From assembly GCA_965235115.1 (NCBI GenBank), contig OZ249452.1, forward strand, positions 21,080,001 through 21,144,000: a DNA stretch of 64,000 nt, written 5' to 3'. Each line of letters begins with the position of its first letter. Positions within the stretch are counted from its first letter, which is position 1. The notes beneath the pieces were generated by a model, which did not search any database, was not told where the DNA came from, and saw only the letters and a program-made list of their open reading frames with translations. Below are positions 39,701 to 54,700 of the stretch, one piece after another. The DNA comes from Laetmonice hystrix (taxonomy: Eukaryota). Made by a program: the position numbers and the translations under genes.

Positions 39701-42700
39701 ATTGTTAAAAATCAAAGTGGATTTTGTATTTTGTGCAATTCGAATCTAAAACAAGATATTTGTTCAATGCATCAAAAAGAATTGCAATAAATCACCAAAA
39801 TCCTTTAGATTGAGGCTTCCTGTCATGCACTGTCTCTTACTCAAGTACTTTGTTAGGGCCTGCCAACAAAATTAAACTTTCAACAGAAAACCCATGGTTT
39901 CTCTGAAAGTTTTCTAGCCACACATTTCATCGGCAGAGAATCATCATCCAAAGCTTCAACAGAAAAGTTGTTTTCCAACCTGTGACTCGGCATTTCAGTT
40001 CTATGGTCTCTCCAAAGTCGACAAAGACAGGTTCAGGTGGTTGGGCGAACTTTGGTGGTTTGCCTTCCTCCTCTGACGATGATTCCTCCTCTGAAGACGA
40101 TGATGATGACGACTCCTCGCTGACACTTGGTTTGCGTTCCTTGACGGGAGCCTTAATCTCAGTAACAGTTGTATCAGCACTGACTTCCATGCTGGTACTC
40201 TCCACTTGTATGGTTTGCGAAGCTTCAATCTCCTGTGTAGACTCAACTACTTTTGTTTCTTCCACCTCTATGCTAGCTTCCATTCTGACTTCGGGCTGAG
40301 CCTCTGCTGAAGTAAATTCTGTGACCACCTCTGTGGGCGTTGCTTTCATTTCTGTCACCTCTGGAGTGTCCTCTGAGACGTCTTCCTTAACAACACGTTC
40401 CACTACCTTCCCGTCGACTAAGGTCTCCTCAACCACTGTCACTGAGCGCTTGCTCTCAACAGTTTTCTTTACAATTTCAGCTCCTTCTGGTTTTCCAACC
40501 AGGACTGTGACAGTGAACTTAAAGCGGCCATATTTATTCTCAGCGATAACGGTATAGTCTCCGGCGTCAGCTTCAGTAGCATCTATAACTATCAGGATGT
40601 GAAGATCCTCCTCGGTGTCATGTTTAATGGTAGTCCGCTCTGCTTTGGGACTAACTTTTTCACCACCCTTCAACCATGTGAGCTCAGGGGTTGGGATTCC
40701 TGTATGTACAAATGAGGCCAGTCAAACAAAGCCAAAAGTAAATCGTTCATGGAATATATCTTCACAATATGACTGCATAGGATGGAAGAGATGAGAGAGA
40801 GTCAAAGTTGCTACAAATCTTAGGTGAAAGGAAATTAACAAATAAAAGAAGATTTTTCAGACTACTCAGAGTAGAGTCTACAAGAGGTACCAGTATATAC
40901 ACATTCTATGTAGATAATGCTTCTGAAAGGTTAATCCGATAACATGACTCTATCTACACATTTCCATGGAAAATATAAAACAGCTGGGACAAATCAGTTT
41001 TAGGTCGGTGCAGGTTTGCTAACCTATACTATTCTATTCTGAAAGGAGAAAAGTCATGCAAAGCACTAATTCCACTGACCATTTCTAGATCTCATGCCGC
41101 TGGATGCATTAGGTAATAATAACGCCTAACTGGCAGCCTTGTTTTCAGCTTGCTGCCATGTGTCATTTGCAAATCGCTGAGAACACTAGTGTCACATTTC
41201 ATGAGATGCTTCTTCTGCCAAGGATTTATAGGAAACCACTAAAGGGAAGAAGCAACATGACACAAAATATACGTACCCCGTGTTTATAGAAGATATATTC
41301 AATTCAGGACAGCTATTTATAACTTACATTTCCAGTGGGTGATCGTACTTAAATGTACATTAGTAGTAGAATGGGGACTACACTTAGTACTATCTAATCA
41401 AACAATTGATGTTTACTCTCAAACAGTATTAAAAACACACTAGAGCAACTGAGCTTATCCATGCAAAGCAGTGAGAAAGGATATTTCTCCAACCTGTCAC
41501 TTTGCAGGTCAACTCAATGGTTTCTCCGAAGTCCACAAACACTGGTTCTGGTGGCTTGACAAACTTTGGTGGCTCTCCCTCTTCTTCTTCTTCTTCTCGT
41601 GCCACAGATCTGACTTCAGGCACTGACTCCTTCACCACTTCGGATGTAGTTGACACTGCTACTGCCTCCACATCCTTGGTGTCTTCTATCGTAAAGGCAG
41701 CCTCAGTTTCAGTTGTATCAGCCTGCCTGACGACCTCAACAGTTTCTGGTTTCTCCTCAGAGAATTCTTCTGTGACTTTACGGTCAACAACTTCTCCATC
41801 AACAACTGTCTCTTCGATGACCTTCACAGACCGCTTACTTTCAACAGTTTTTATGATCTCAGCACCTTCAGGTTTGCCAACCAGTACGGTAACTGAGAAC
41901 TTGAAGCTGCCAAATTTGTTCTCCGCGATGGCTGTGTATTTGCCAGCATCATCAGCAGTTGCATCCTCTATGACCAGTATGTTGAGATCTTGTTTCATGT
42001 CCCAGTCAATATTAATACGTTTATCACCTTTTTTGGGTTTGATTAACTCATCATCTTTGTACCATTTCACCTCTGGTTCGGGGTCACCTAAAGGGCATTA
42101 AGGACTAACGTCAGACTAGACGCCTACAGCAAGCATTCATGTTTTTACAACTCAGAATACATAGCAAATACGACTATTCCCTATATATACGACTATATGG
42201 AAGTATTCCCTGTAACATGTATCCCTCTCCTGCTACAAATCGAGTCAGGGTAAGAGTAAAGTATCTTAATAATTAGAGTCCCTCTGCATGTATTGCTGGA
42301 AATCCTCAAGTAAATATCAAAATACTCTGGAATCAATATTTAAATAAAAGGAAAAGACTCTACTCCAGTGATAAACTGTTTTTTTCATACAGCAGTGAAT
42401 ATCTTCAATGATGCATGAAGAACTGAAGCACGGGAAACGGAGAGTGATCTTCAAAAACAGCAATTCTTACCTGTGACCTTGCAAGTGAGCCTGATTGTCT
42501 CTCCAAAGTCCACAAGCATTGGCTCCGGAGGCTGTTCGAACTTGGGAGGCTGTCCTTCTTCCTCGATGACCTGAACGACATCCTCAGCAGGTTCCTCTGC
42601 TGGCAGGACCTTCTGGACAGTCGTCTGGGGCGTGTCCTCTGTAACGTCTTCCTTCACTGTTCTTTCTACCACCTGACCGTCCACCACAGTCTCCTCGACG

Positions 42701-45700
42701 ACTGTGACTGACCGTTTGCTTTCCACCGTTTTGATTATTTCTGCACCTTCTGGCGCACCAACAAGGACGGTTACCGTAAACTTGAAGCTGCCGTTCTCGT
42801 TCTCGGCTACCACGGTGTATTCTCCAGCATCATCCGGAGTGGCGTCGCTGATGATGAGGATGTTAAGGTCATCCTTCATGTCCCAGTCGACCTTGATCCG
42901 GGGCTCCTTCTTGGATTGTGTGATAGGTTTACCAGCTCGGAACCAAGTCACCTCTGGTTCTGGCTCACCTGTTCGAGTATAACATATACATAATGTAAAA
43001 CACCTGCTCCATGTGTACATATAAACAATAAAAATCTTCTCAGATATAAACAGATGAAGAGAGCTGTTTAGAAGAAAGGAACGGGGCTATGCATTGACGA
43101 GAAGATTCCTAAAATCAATGAAAACATTTATGATGAATATTTATGTATTTACAATATTCTAAAGAGAAGTGCAACTATACTATTATTCACCAGTACTATG
43201 TACAAGTAAACATATATATATTACATATATACATTTTGTGGAACTAACATTCCTATGACCATTATTCTTTAGGTACAACTAAACTAAAGATAATGGTGTA
43301 TGTATATCTATTTGTGGAACTAACATGTTTATGGTACAAATTAGCATAACAATTTTGGAATGGAGTGTCTCTATAGAGCGATTCTCAGTGATTTTCATAC
43401 ATTCAAGTCAGCTGTTCATACATTTCGTTTGAAACAAGAAACTTCCTGTCACACAACCATGCAGATTAATAAGAAACTAAGTAAGCGAATATCATTATGA
43501 TTGCTGAAATAATTGCATTCATTGCCACATATCATAACCAACAAACTCGCATATAGCATAGCAGTATATCACAATGAAATAATATTGAAATCGCAGCGAA
43601 CTATCACAACAGGCGCATCATCATATTTGTTTAAAACCTTGTAAGTAAGTTTCACCCCTGATGCAGATGCTAAGAAAGTTACAATGAAAGTAAATGTTAG
43701 GAGAATCATTCACGTTATCAAAGTAAAAAAATGTGAAAAGTGAAAAAGGTGCCCAGTGCCTGGCTGACATCAAAGTTGTCACTGAGCAGCCTAATTCCCT
43801 TTTCGTCCGGATATATGTCAGTTTCATTGAGAAAAACAACATTGTTTGTAAACAATGCAGGAGATTGCAAACTTTGCAAGCAGGTCTGCAATACTCGATG
43901 CTTCTGTCAATAAGGAGTCAATTTTCATGCGATGGGCCTTGGAGCTGGCCAACTGTAAACAAATCAAAATATTGAAAATCCCATCTGTGCTGACCTGTGA
44001 CCTGACACGTCAGCCTGATCTCGCCGCCAACAGCCACAAGCACAGGTTCCGGTGGCTTGCTGAACCGTGGAGGCTTTCCCTCTTCTTCTTCAGAGGAGGA
44101 GGATTCCGACTCAGATGGCTCAGATCCTTCTATGGAAACAATCTGTAGGCCAGAAGCAATGTGAGTAACATCCTGCTGAACTCCTTTAACTTTAACATCT
44201 TCCTCTTCCTCCTCGGATTCCGTTCCCTCAATAGAAATAATTTTGAGGCCAGAAGCCCTTTCAGTGACATCTTCTTGAACACCAGTGAAGGATATTTCTT
44301 GAGAAACTGTTTTTGAAGTCATCTCAGTCACACTGACTGCCTCAGTGACAACTTCTTCCTTGAGGTCTGCCCTCAGAGAGACTGTTTCTTCTGTTGATTG
44401 CACGGCAGTTGATACGTCTGCTGACATTTGTGGTTCCTCGGGTTTTACTTCAGGTTTTTTAGGAGCCTCTTCAACTGGAGCCTTTTCTTCAGGCTTCACT
44501 GCAGGTTCCTTGGGAGCCTCTTCAACAGGGGCCTTTTCTTCAGGCTTCATTTCAGGCTCCTTAGGTGCCTCTTCAACAGGGGCCTTTTCTTTAGGCTTTG
44601 CCTCAGGTTCCTTAGGTGCCTCTTCAACAGGGGCTTTTTCTGCAGGCTCTGCCTCAGGTTCCTTAGGTGACTCTTCAATAGGAGCCGTTTCTTCAGGCTT
44701 CACTTCGGGTATCTTCAGTGCCTCTTCAACAGGAGCCTTTTCTTCAGGCTTTGCCTCAGGTTCCTTAGGTGCCTCTTCAACAGGGGCCTTTTCTTCAGGC
44801 TGTACTTTTGGTTCCTTAGGTGCCTCTTCAACAGGGGCCTTTTCTTCAGGCTTCACTTTGGGTTCCTTAGGTGCCTCTTCAACAGGGGCCTTTTCTTCAG
44901 GCTTCACTTTGGGTTCCGTAGGTGCCTCTTCAACAGGGGCCTTTTCTTCAGGCTTCACCTGTTCCTTTGCACTCTCCACTGCTTCCTTCACGGCCTCCCT
45001 CACAACTTCAGCTGCTGTGACCTCTGCCTTGATTGTAATCTCCCCAGAAATCTGCTCCGTCACCATTTTCTGTACGATTTCCACCTCTGCAGTGGCTTCC
45101 TCGGAAACGACTTCCGTAAAGGCCTTCTCAACAAGTTTGGCACCAACAACGGCTTCCTCAGTGACAACTCGAGTCTCCTTTACAGTTTCCTTGGGTTTCG
45201 GAGATTTGTCTCCAACTGACACTAATACACTGAACTCATTGGATCCAACGTCGTTGTATGCTTTCACAGTGTACTCGCCGACATCATCCTCAGTGGCGTC
45301 CTTGATCACCAATGAATAATTGTCTGTTTCTACATCCCAACTTGTCTTCACCCTCGTGTCGTACTTCTTCATTTTGATCTGCTTCCCATCTTTGTACCAG
45401 TCAACATCTGGTTCTGGCTCACCTGTTGGAAGGCACACCTTGTTTTAAAAACGAACTGACTCTGATCTGCTCTTATCAAAGAGTATATATCACTATCAAA
45501 TAAATCAATATGAAATTAATTGAAATGCAATGTTTGCTGTTTGGAAAGATAACATTGACCATTTTCTTAGGCCTTTCAAATCTTACAGCATAACAATATG
45601 CAAACTTTTTCTTACAGCAAGAGGCTCTATAATGTTATAATGACTCATTATTACAATTGATGGTATTCAATAATGAATTATGAACTGGTCATCAGTGAAA

Positions 45701-48700
45701 AGCAAAATTAATTGACCATGCAGCTGTACGAAAAATACAAAACACCCTTCTCTCAACAAAATGTGAAATAATTTTGCGTGAGAAATTGATCATAACATTA
45801 CACATGAAAAATCCAATGCCATGAACAAAGTATATTTGTTAGAAAAGTGTCATGCATAACCATTTCTTTCTGACTCTTCACTCAGCCTCATATCGTTTTG
45901 CGATTGTCATTCACACAAAAGTATGAACTTTGTCTCTGAAAAGTGCTCAGGTTAGTATTCAATGATAGTATCTCTTAATACACGTGATAACAACAGGCGC
46001 GCCTGCATCAACAATATGTCATCATAAATCGGGAAGAAACTGTGCATATCTCCATGCTGTAAATGCACAGTTTTAAAGACAGCATCGGTATTTCCAAAAG
46101 TGCTGACACCACATGAAACATATTAGTTTCTCAAACGTATGTCTTCTTTGAATCTCTGCAGAGCTCAAAGAAGTGAATAACAATTGAACAATTGATAACC
46201 AAGGCAATGAGTTAATTGAGCAATAGTGAACTGTGGACTAGTTCTGACCTGTTGCTTTACAGGTCAGCTTGATTGTAGAACCAGTGTCTACTCTGATGTC
46301 CTTGGTCTCCATGACAATGCTGGGGACCCCATCTTCTGGTTCAGATTCAGACTCTTCTACAGAAGCCTCCTCCTCAGGCTTCGCCTCAGGTTCCTTAGGA
46401 GCCTCTTTAACAGGAACCTTTTCATCAGGCTTCGCCTTAGGTTCCTTTGGAACCTCTTTAACAGGAACTTTTTCATCAGGCTTTGCCTCAGGTTCCTTGG
46501 GAGCCTCTTCAACAGGAACCTTTTCTTCAGGCTTTGCCTCAGGTTCCTTTAGAGCCCCTTTAACAGGAGTCTTTTCCTCTGGCTTCGCCTTAGGTTCCTT
46601 GGGAGCTTCTGTGACTGGAGCCTTTTCTTCAGGCTTCGCCTTGGGTTCTTTGGGAGCTTCTTCAATTGGAGCTTTTTCTTCAGGCTTCGCCTCAGGTTCC
46701 TTGACAGCTTCTGCAGCAGGGGCCCTTTCTGCAGGCTTCGGTTCAGGTTCCTTGGGAGCTTCTGTGACAGGGGCCTTTTCTTCAGGCTTCGCCTCAGGTT
46801 CCTTGGGAGCTTCTTTAATTGGAGCCTTTTCTGCAGGCTTTGTCTCAGGCTCTTTGGGAGTTTCGACAGGTGCTTTTTCTTCAGGCTTCACTTCAGCTTC
46901 CTTGGGAGCCTCTTCAACAGGTGCCTTTTCCTCAGGCGTCAGCTCAGGTTCCTTTGGAGCTTCTTCTACACGAGCCTTTTCTTCCGGTTCCTTGGTAGTT
47001 TCAACTGCTTCCTTCACAGCTTCTGTCACAACCTCTTCTGCCGTGATTTCTGCTGTGGTTCTAATCTCATCAGAAATCAGCTCAGTCACCTTTTTCTGTA
47101 CGATTTCCACCTCTGCTGTGGCTTCCTCGGAAACGATTTCTGTAACGGCCTTCTCAACAATTTTAGCACCTACAACGGCTTCCTCAGTGACAACTCGAGT
47201 CTCCTTTACAGTTTCCTTGGGTTTCGGAGATTTGTCTCCAACTGACACTAATATACTGAACTCATTGGATCCAAGACTGTTGTATGCTTTCACAGTGTAC
47301 TCGCCGACATCATCCTCAGTGGCGTCCTTGATCACCAATGAATAATTGTCTGTTTCTACATCCCAACTTGTCTTCACCCTCGTGTCGTACTTCTTCATCT
47401 TGATCTGCTTCCCATCTTTGTACCAGTCAACTTCTGGTTCTGGCTCTCCTGTTGGAAGCACGCACGCTCATTGTTAGAAGGGCGACGACCTCACAGTGTA
47501 AACTAAGATGTGACAACATTAAAGTACCAACACGCTCAAGTTAGGCTTATATATGCACATGTCAGACGTCTAGGTTGTAACGCAGCAATGAAATATAATT
47601 TGGGATTGAGAAAATGTTTAAAGAAGTTTTTTCTTGTTTATTTACAGTTTTAAGAGTATTTAATTTGGATCAGATATCTCAGGTATCCTAATAAGGAACA
47701 TTATCTAGACAAGGTTGTGAGGAATGAAAGCTGAAAAATTATTGAGAATGACTAGAAAGTATTAATGACGCAAAGAGAGATCTTAAAGTTGGCGCTTAAT
47801 TGTGATATCTTCTATTTTGATCTCTAGGTCTAGGATAGAAAATGTGTTAGCCTGGGTCATGTATAATTATGCTGTACGCCAACAAAATAAAATAGAAAAG
47901 AAGGGGAGACACAGAAGAAATGCAAAATTGCATGTCTCATGGCAATTTTGTAAGTTGCATTTGCTCACACGAAAAAAATACTGAAAAAGACATGTAGTGA
48001 AAACAAAGATTTCGGTAATATCATGCATAATTCGTTATTCGCGCCACATAGCACAGCTTGCCTTGGAGCTGTTACTTCCAGGTAGGCATATTCTTTCACA
48101 ACATGTTATTTCACATTTGCAGTGCATTTATCAGGCAGGGAGATCATTATAAGGACCGCCATGTCAATATCACAGATCTTGGTTTAAAACCAAACCCATT
48201 GTATTAAACAAAACCAGAGTGCGCATTTCCAAGCGATGTAGTGAGACTCTTCACCTAAAGGAAGTGAAGAGACAAGGAGATATAAAAGACCAACAGTATT
48301 AGGTTTTCTTCTTCGAGGAACCACATATCCCATGTTACGAACTGTGGTTTCAAAGAAGAGAAAACAATGGCAGCAACTGTTGCCAAATGTTAACAGTATT
48401 AGTCCATAACTCTTCAAAACTTTCAATTCCTAACCTGTAGCTGTACAGGTCAGCTTGATTATGGCGCCCACATCCACTCTTACTTCCTTTGTGGACATTT
48501 CAATCTTGGGAATATGTTCTTCTTCCTCAGATTCCTCTGTTTCTTCTTCAGATGAACTTTCCACGGGTTTCAATTTAGGTTCCTTGGGAGCCTGTTCGTC
48601 AGGCTTCACCTCAGGTTCCTTGGGAGTTTTAACGGGAGCCTTTTCGTCAGGCTTCACCTCAGGTTGTTTAGGAGCCTCTTCGACAGGGGCCTTTTCTTCA

Positions 48701-51700
48701 GGCTTCACTTCAGGTTGTTTAGGAGCCTCTTCGACGGGGGCCTTTTCTTCAGGCTTCACTTCAGGTTGTTTAGGAGCCTCTTCGACGGGGGCCTTTTCTT
48801 CAGGCTTCACTTCGGGTTGTTTAGGGGCCTCTTCGACGGGGGCCTTTTCTTCAGGCTTCACTTCAGGTTGTTTAGGAGCCTCCTCTTCGATTGGGGCCTT
48901 TTCTTCAGGCTTCACTTCAGGTTGTTTAGGAGCCTCTTCGACGGGGGCCTTTTCTTCAGGCTTCACTTCAGGTTGTTTAGGAGCCTCCTCTTCGATGGGG
49001 GCCTTTTCGTCAGGCTTCACTTCGGGTTGTTTAGGAGCCTCTTCGACGGGGGCCTTTTCTTCAGGCTTCACTTCAGGTTGTTTAGGAACCTCCTCTTCGA
49101 TGGGGGCCTTTTCGTCAGGCTTCACTTCGGGTTGTTTAGGAGCCTCTTCGACGGGGGCCTTTTCTTCAGGCTTCACTTCGGGTTGTTTAGGAACCTCTTC
49201 GACGGGGGCCTTTTCTTCAGGCTTCACTTTAGGTTCCTTAGGAACGTCTTCGATGGGACTCCTTTCCTCAGCTTTCTTAGCAGTTTCAACAACTTCCTTC
49301 ACGGTCTCCATAACAACTTCAGCTGCTGTTACCTCTGCCTTCATTGTAATCTCCTCAGAAATCTGCTCCGCCACCTTTTTCTGTACGATTTCCACCTCTG
49401 CAGTGGCTTCCTCGGAAACGATTTCTGTAACGGCCTTCTCAACAATTTTAGCACCTACAACGGCTTCCTCAGTGACAACTCGAGTTTCCTTTACAGTTTC
49501 CTTGGGTTTCGGAGATTTGTCTCCAACTGACACTAATATACTGAACTCATTGGATCCAAGACTGTTGTATGCTTTCACAGTGTACTCGCCGACATCATCC
49601 TCAGTGGCGTCCTTGATCACCAATGAATAATTGTCTGTTTCTACATCCCAACTTGTCTTCACCCTCGTGTCGTACTTCTTCATCTTGATCTGCTTCCCAT
49701 CTTTGTACCAGTCAACTTCTGGTTCTGGCTCTCCTGTTGGAAGCACGCACGCTCATTGTTAGAAGGGCGACGACCTCACAGTGTAAACTAAGATGTGACA
49801 ACATTAAAGTACCAACACGCTCAAGTTAGGCTTATATATGCACATGTCAGACGTCTAGGTTGTAACGCAGCAATGAAATATAATTTGGGATTGAGAAAAT
49901 GTTTAAAGAAGTTTTTTCTTGTTTATTTACAGTTTTAAGAGTATTTAATTTGGATCAGATATCTCAGGTATCCTAATAAGGAACATTATCTAGACAAGGT
50001 TGTGAGGAATGAAAGCTGAAAAATTATTGAGAATGACTAGAAAGTATTAATGACGCAAAGAGAGATCTTAGAGTTGGCGCTTAATTATGATATCTTCTAT
50101 TTTGATCTCTAGGTCTAGGATAGAAAATGTGTTAGCCTGGGTCATGTAAATAGGAACATCTATCCTTGTATATTCTGTACGCCAACAAAATAAAATAGAA
50201 AAGAAGGGGAGACACAATTAGAAGAAATGCAAAATTGCATGTCTCATGGCAATTTTGTAAGTTGCATTTGCTCACACGAAAAAAATACTGAAAAAGACAT
50301 GTAGTGAAAACAAAGATTTCGGTAATATCATGCATAATTCGTTATACGCGCCACATAGCACGCTTGCCTTGGAAATATTACTTTCAGGTAGGCATATTCT
50401 TTTGCAACATGTTATTTCACATTTGCAGTCATTTTAAGGAGCGCCATGTCCATATCACAGATCTTAAACAAAACCAGAGCGCGCATTTCCAAGCGATGTA
50501 GTCAGACTCTTCTCCTAAAGGAAATGAAGAGACAAGGAGATATAAAAGACCAACAGTATTAGGTTTTCTTCTTTGAAGAACCACATATCCCATGTTACAA
50601 ACTGTGGTTTCAAAGAAGAGAAAACAATGGTAGCAACTGTTGCCAAATGTTAACAGTATTAGTTCATAACTCTTCAAAACTGTCATTTCCTAACCTGTAG
50701 CTTTACAGGTCAGCTTGATTATGGCGCCCACATCCACTCTTACTTCCTTTGTTGTCATTTCAATCTTGGGAATATGTTCTTCTTCCTCAGATTCCTCTGT
50801 TTCTTCTTCAGATGAACTTTCCACGGGTTTCAATTTAGGTTCCTTGGGAGCCTTTTCGTCAGGCTTCACCTCAGGTTCCTTGGGAGTTTTAACGGGAGCC
50901 TTTTCGTCAGGCTTCACCTCAGGTTCCTTGGGAGTTTCAACGGGAGCCTTTTCTTCAGACTTCACTTTGGGTTCCTTAGGTGCCTCTTCAACAGGGGCCT
51001 TTTCTTCAGGCTTCAATTTGGGTTCCTTAGGAGCCTCTTCGACGGGGGCCTTTTCTTCAGGCTTCACTTCAGGTTGTTTAGGAGCCTCTTCGACCGGGGT
51101 TTTTTCTTCAGGCTTCACTTCCGGTTGTTTAGGAGCCTCTTCAACAGGGGCCTTTTCTTCAGGCTTCACTTTGGGTTCCTTAGGAGCCTCTTCGACGGGG
51201 GCCTTTTCTTCAGGCTTCACTTCAGGTTGTTTAGGAGCCTCTTCGACGGAGGCCTTTTCTTCAGGCTTCACTTCAGGTTGTTTAGGAGCCTCTTCGACGG
51301 TGGCCTTTTCTTCAGGCTTCACTTCGGGTTTTTTAGGAGCCTCTTCGACGGGGGCCTTTTCTTCAGGCTTTACTTCAGGTTGTTTAGGAGCCTCTTCGAC
51401 GGGGGCCTTTTCTTCAGGCTTCACTTTGGGTTCCTTAGGTGCCTCTTCAACAGGGGCCTTTTCTTCAGGCTTCACTTCAGGTTGTTTAGGAGCCTCTTCG
51501 ACGGGGGCCTTTTCTTCAGGCTTCACTTCCTTCACGGTCTCCATAACAACTTCAGCTGCTGTTACCTCTGACTTCATTGTAATCTCATCAGAAATCTGCT
51601 CCGCCACTTTTTTCTGTACGATTTCCACCTCTGCAGTGGCTTCCTCGGAAACGATTTCTGTAACGGCCTTCTCAACAATTTTAGCACCTACAACGGCTTC

Positions 51701-54700
51701 CTCAGTGACAACTCGAGTTTCCTTTACAGTTTCCTTGGGTTTCGGAGATTTGTCTCCAACTGACACTAATATACTGAACTCATTGGATCCAAGACTGTTG
51801 TATGCTTTCACAGTGTACTCGCCGACATCATCCTCAGTGGCGTCCTTGATCACCAATGAATAATTGTCTGTTTCTACATCCCAACTTGTCTTTACCCTGG
51901 TGTCGTATTTCTTAATTTTGATCTGTTTTCCATCTTTGTACCAGTCAACTTCTGGTTCTGGCTCACCTGTGAGAAGCACGCACGTATATTAATAGGAAGG
52001 CGACGCCTATCAATATCGTCTTCTAATTGACAACATTCAAGTGCCGACACAGCTCAGGCTTATATGCAAGTGTCATATTTCAACATTGTGAAAAAGAAGT
52101 ATCATTCATATCATTTTAGCAGGAGGAAACATTAATGAAACTATTTTACCGATTTTCCGTTGAAGGATTTAATAGTGTTTTATTGAAATAAGTACTGTAT
52201 AGTTCATGAGATAAGTCATTACCAAGACAAAACCTTACAGGTGCTGTTATATTATGATATGACCAAAGGGGATTGAGTATCGACATTCATTCTCGTATAC
52301 CAGAATAAGTACATAGAGAAAGGAAACATAGAATAACTGCAAAAATGCAATTTAAAAAGTCGTGTTTCATCATTTTAGAAAAATACCGGAAAAGAAATGC
52401 TGAGTAAACAATTGTTTGGTAATATCATGCAAAAGTAGTTAATCTCACAACATTGCCCAGCTTGTATTGGAAATATTAAAATCATTTCCATGTAGGCATG
52501 TACATATTGGCAACATGGAACTTCTGCAGTGTCTCCGTCAAATGTTGACATCACTGTCAAGTGCATACAGTCCATATAGCACATCTTAGTTTAAAACCAA
52601 GATATTACAGAAAGCCAGTGCGCAACGTAGTCAATTCGGCTCCTGTATGAAATGAACACCATACATTTTTTTGACCAAATATAACAGACAGTGATATTAA
52701 GTGTTCTTCTTTGACTAACCACACAACCCTCCTGTCATATTGTGGTTTCAAAGAAGAGAAAACAATGGCGACAACTTTTGCCCAATATTAACAGTATTAG
52801 TTCGTCACTCTATAAAACTGTTACGTTCTAACCTTTTGCTTTACAAGTCAGCTTGATTGTGGCGCCTGCATCCACTTTCAGTTTCCTTGTGTTCATTTCA
52901 ATCTTAGGTATTCCTTCTTCTTCTTCTTCTTCTTCTTCTTCTTGTTCCGACTCTTCAGAGCTGCTCTCCGCAATGCTACAGGGAGCCTCTTTCACAGAAG
53001 GTTTTTCTTCGGACTGCACTTCAGGTTCCTGAGGAACTCCTTCCACAGGAGCCTTTTCTTCAGCCTTGAAGTCAGGTTCCTTAGGAACCCTTTCGACAGG
53101 AGCCTTTCCATCAGGCTTTATCTCAGGTTCCTGAGGCTTCATCTCAGGTTCCTGAGGCTTCATCTCAGGTTCCTGAGGCTTCATCTTAGGTTCCTGAGGC
53201 TTCATGTCAGGTTCCTCAGGAGCCTCCTTCACAGGAGCCGTTTCCTCAAGTTTAATCTCAGCTTCCTTAGGAGCCTCCTTGACAGGCGCCTTTTCCTCAG
53301 ATTTCATTTCAGGTTCCCCATGAGCGTCCCCGACAGGAGCCTCTTCAAGAGGCTTCATCTCAGGTTCCCCAGGAGCCTTTTCCCCAGGCTTCACCTCAGG
53401 CTCTGTAAATACCTCTTCTACAGAAGCTTTTGGCTTCATCACAGGTTTCCTGGGAGCGTCCTCAACAGAAGGTTTTTCTTCAGGCTTCACCTCGGGCGTC
53501 TTGGGAACCTCTACTACAAGAGCCTTTTCCTCGGGCTTCACTTTAGATACCTTGGGAGTCTCTTCAGTGATGCCAATATCTTCTCCTTCTGCTTCTTTCA
53601 GGTCAGCCCTCACTTCTGCTTTCGCTGTAATTTCCTCTGAAATTCCTTCCGTCACCATTTTCTGTACGATTTCCACCTCTGCCTTGGGTTCCTCAGACAC
53701 CACCTCTGCAATGGTCTTTCCAACAATTTTGACACCAACAACGGCTTCTTCGGTGAGAACTCGAGTTTCCTTTACAGTTTCCTTGGGTTCAGGAGATTTG
53801 TCTCCAACTGACACCAATACACTAAACTCGTTGGATCCAAGACTGTTGTATGCTTTCACAGTGTACTCGCCGACATCATCCTCAGTGGCGTCCTTGATCA
53901 CCAATGAATAATTGTCTGTTTCTACATCCCAACTTGTCTTCACCCTCGTGTCATACCTTTTTATCTTGATTTGCTTCCCATCTTTGTACCAGTCAACATC
54001 TGGTTCTGGCTCTCCTGTCAGAATCAGGCATGGTCATTATATACTAAATTTCCATGAAAGTAAGACCACGGCACATTTGCTGTTGCTCGGTTTTCTTTAT
54101 CTTTTACTTAGAGAACCACTTACTTGTAAGTTATATTTATCTACCAATCCGAAAATACAACTACGTGTGCATAATTTCATTTGCTAATAGTGGCCCCAGA
54201 ATTGAACAAATGTATGCTTACACGTGCTGAATTGGTAGACACTGATTGTTTTGCGCATGGTTTCACATTTATGTGACTCTTTAATTGTTAGAAAAATAAA
54301 TTCTGATGGTTGTCCGTCCTCATTATGTTACCATTTTAATATTAAAGGTCGGTACATTAACGTCCTTAAACATAAAGGTCGGTACATTAACGTCCTTAAA
54401 CATGAAAATCGTTTTCAAAGGAAAGCAAGCTTGCACACATCTTGCCTCAAAATTCAAAAATCTGCACAAGGTTTCCATATAATCATATACCATATTAAAA
54501 AGCATAGCAATGATGTTTTCCTTCAATCATACATACATGCCGACCTTACCCGTGACATGTAAAGCCTGCACATATCCCAAGTATCTGCTTACAGCAAAGC
54601 ATACATTAATATCTTGCTTATATATACTCGGTGTATAATAAAGACCTCATGAGTGCAATGGTTACAACAGTGGTGACCTGCAAGGGGAGAGCAAATTTCC

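Noticed and set aside
44345-51863. Long + strand ORFs (324-391 aa; GFTSGSLGASSTGAFSS and FRLHFRLF repeats), and similar antisense ORFs throughout
   Set aside because: Antisense shadows of PEVK/Ig exons whose codons rarely create reverse-strand stops. They coincide exactly with minus-strand exons and have no independent signals.
10983-52832. In-frame TAG/TAA immediately after nine donors (G|GT TAG) as programmed truncation points
   Set aside because: An automatic consequence of GTTAG/GTTAA donors at phase 1. It would end proteins mid-Ig, and no downstream polyadenylation evidence was established.
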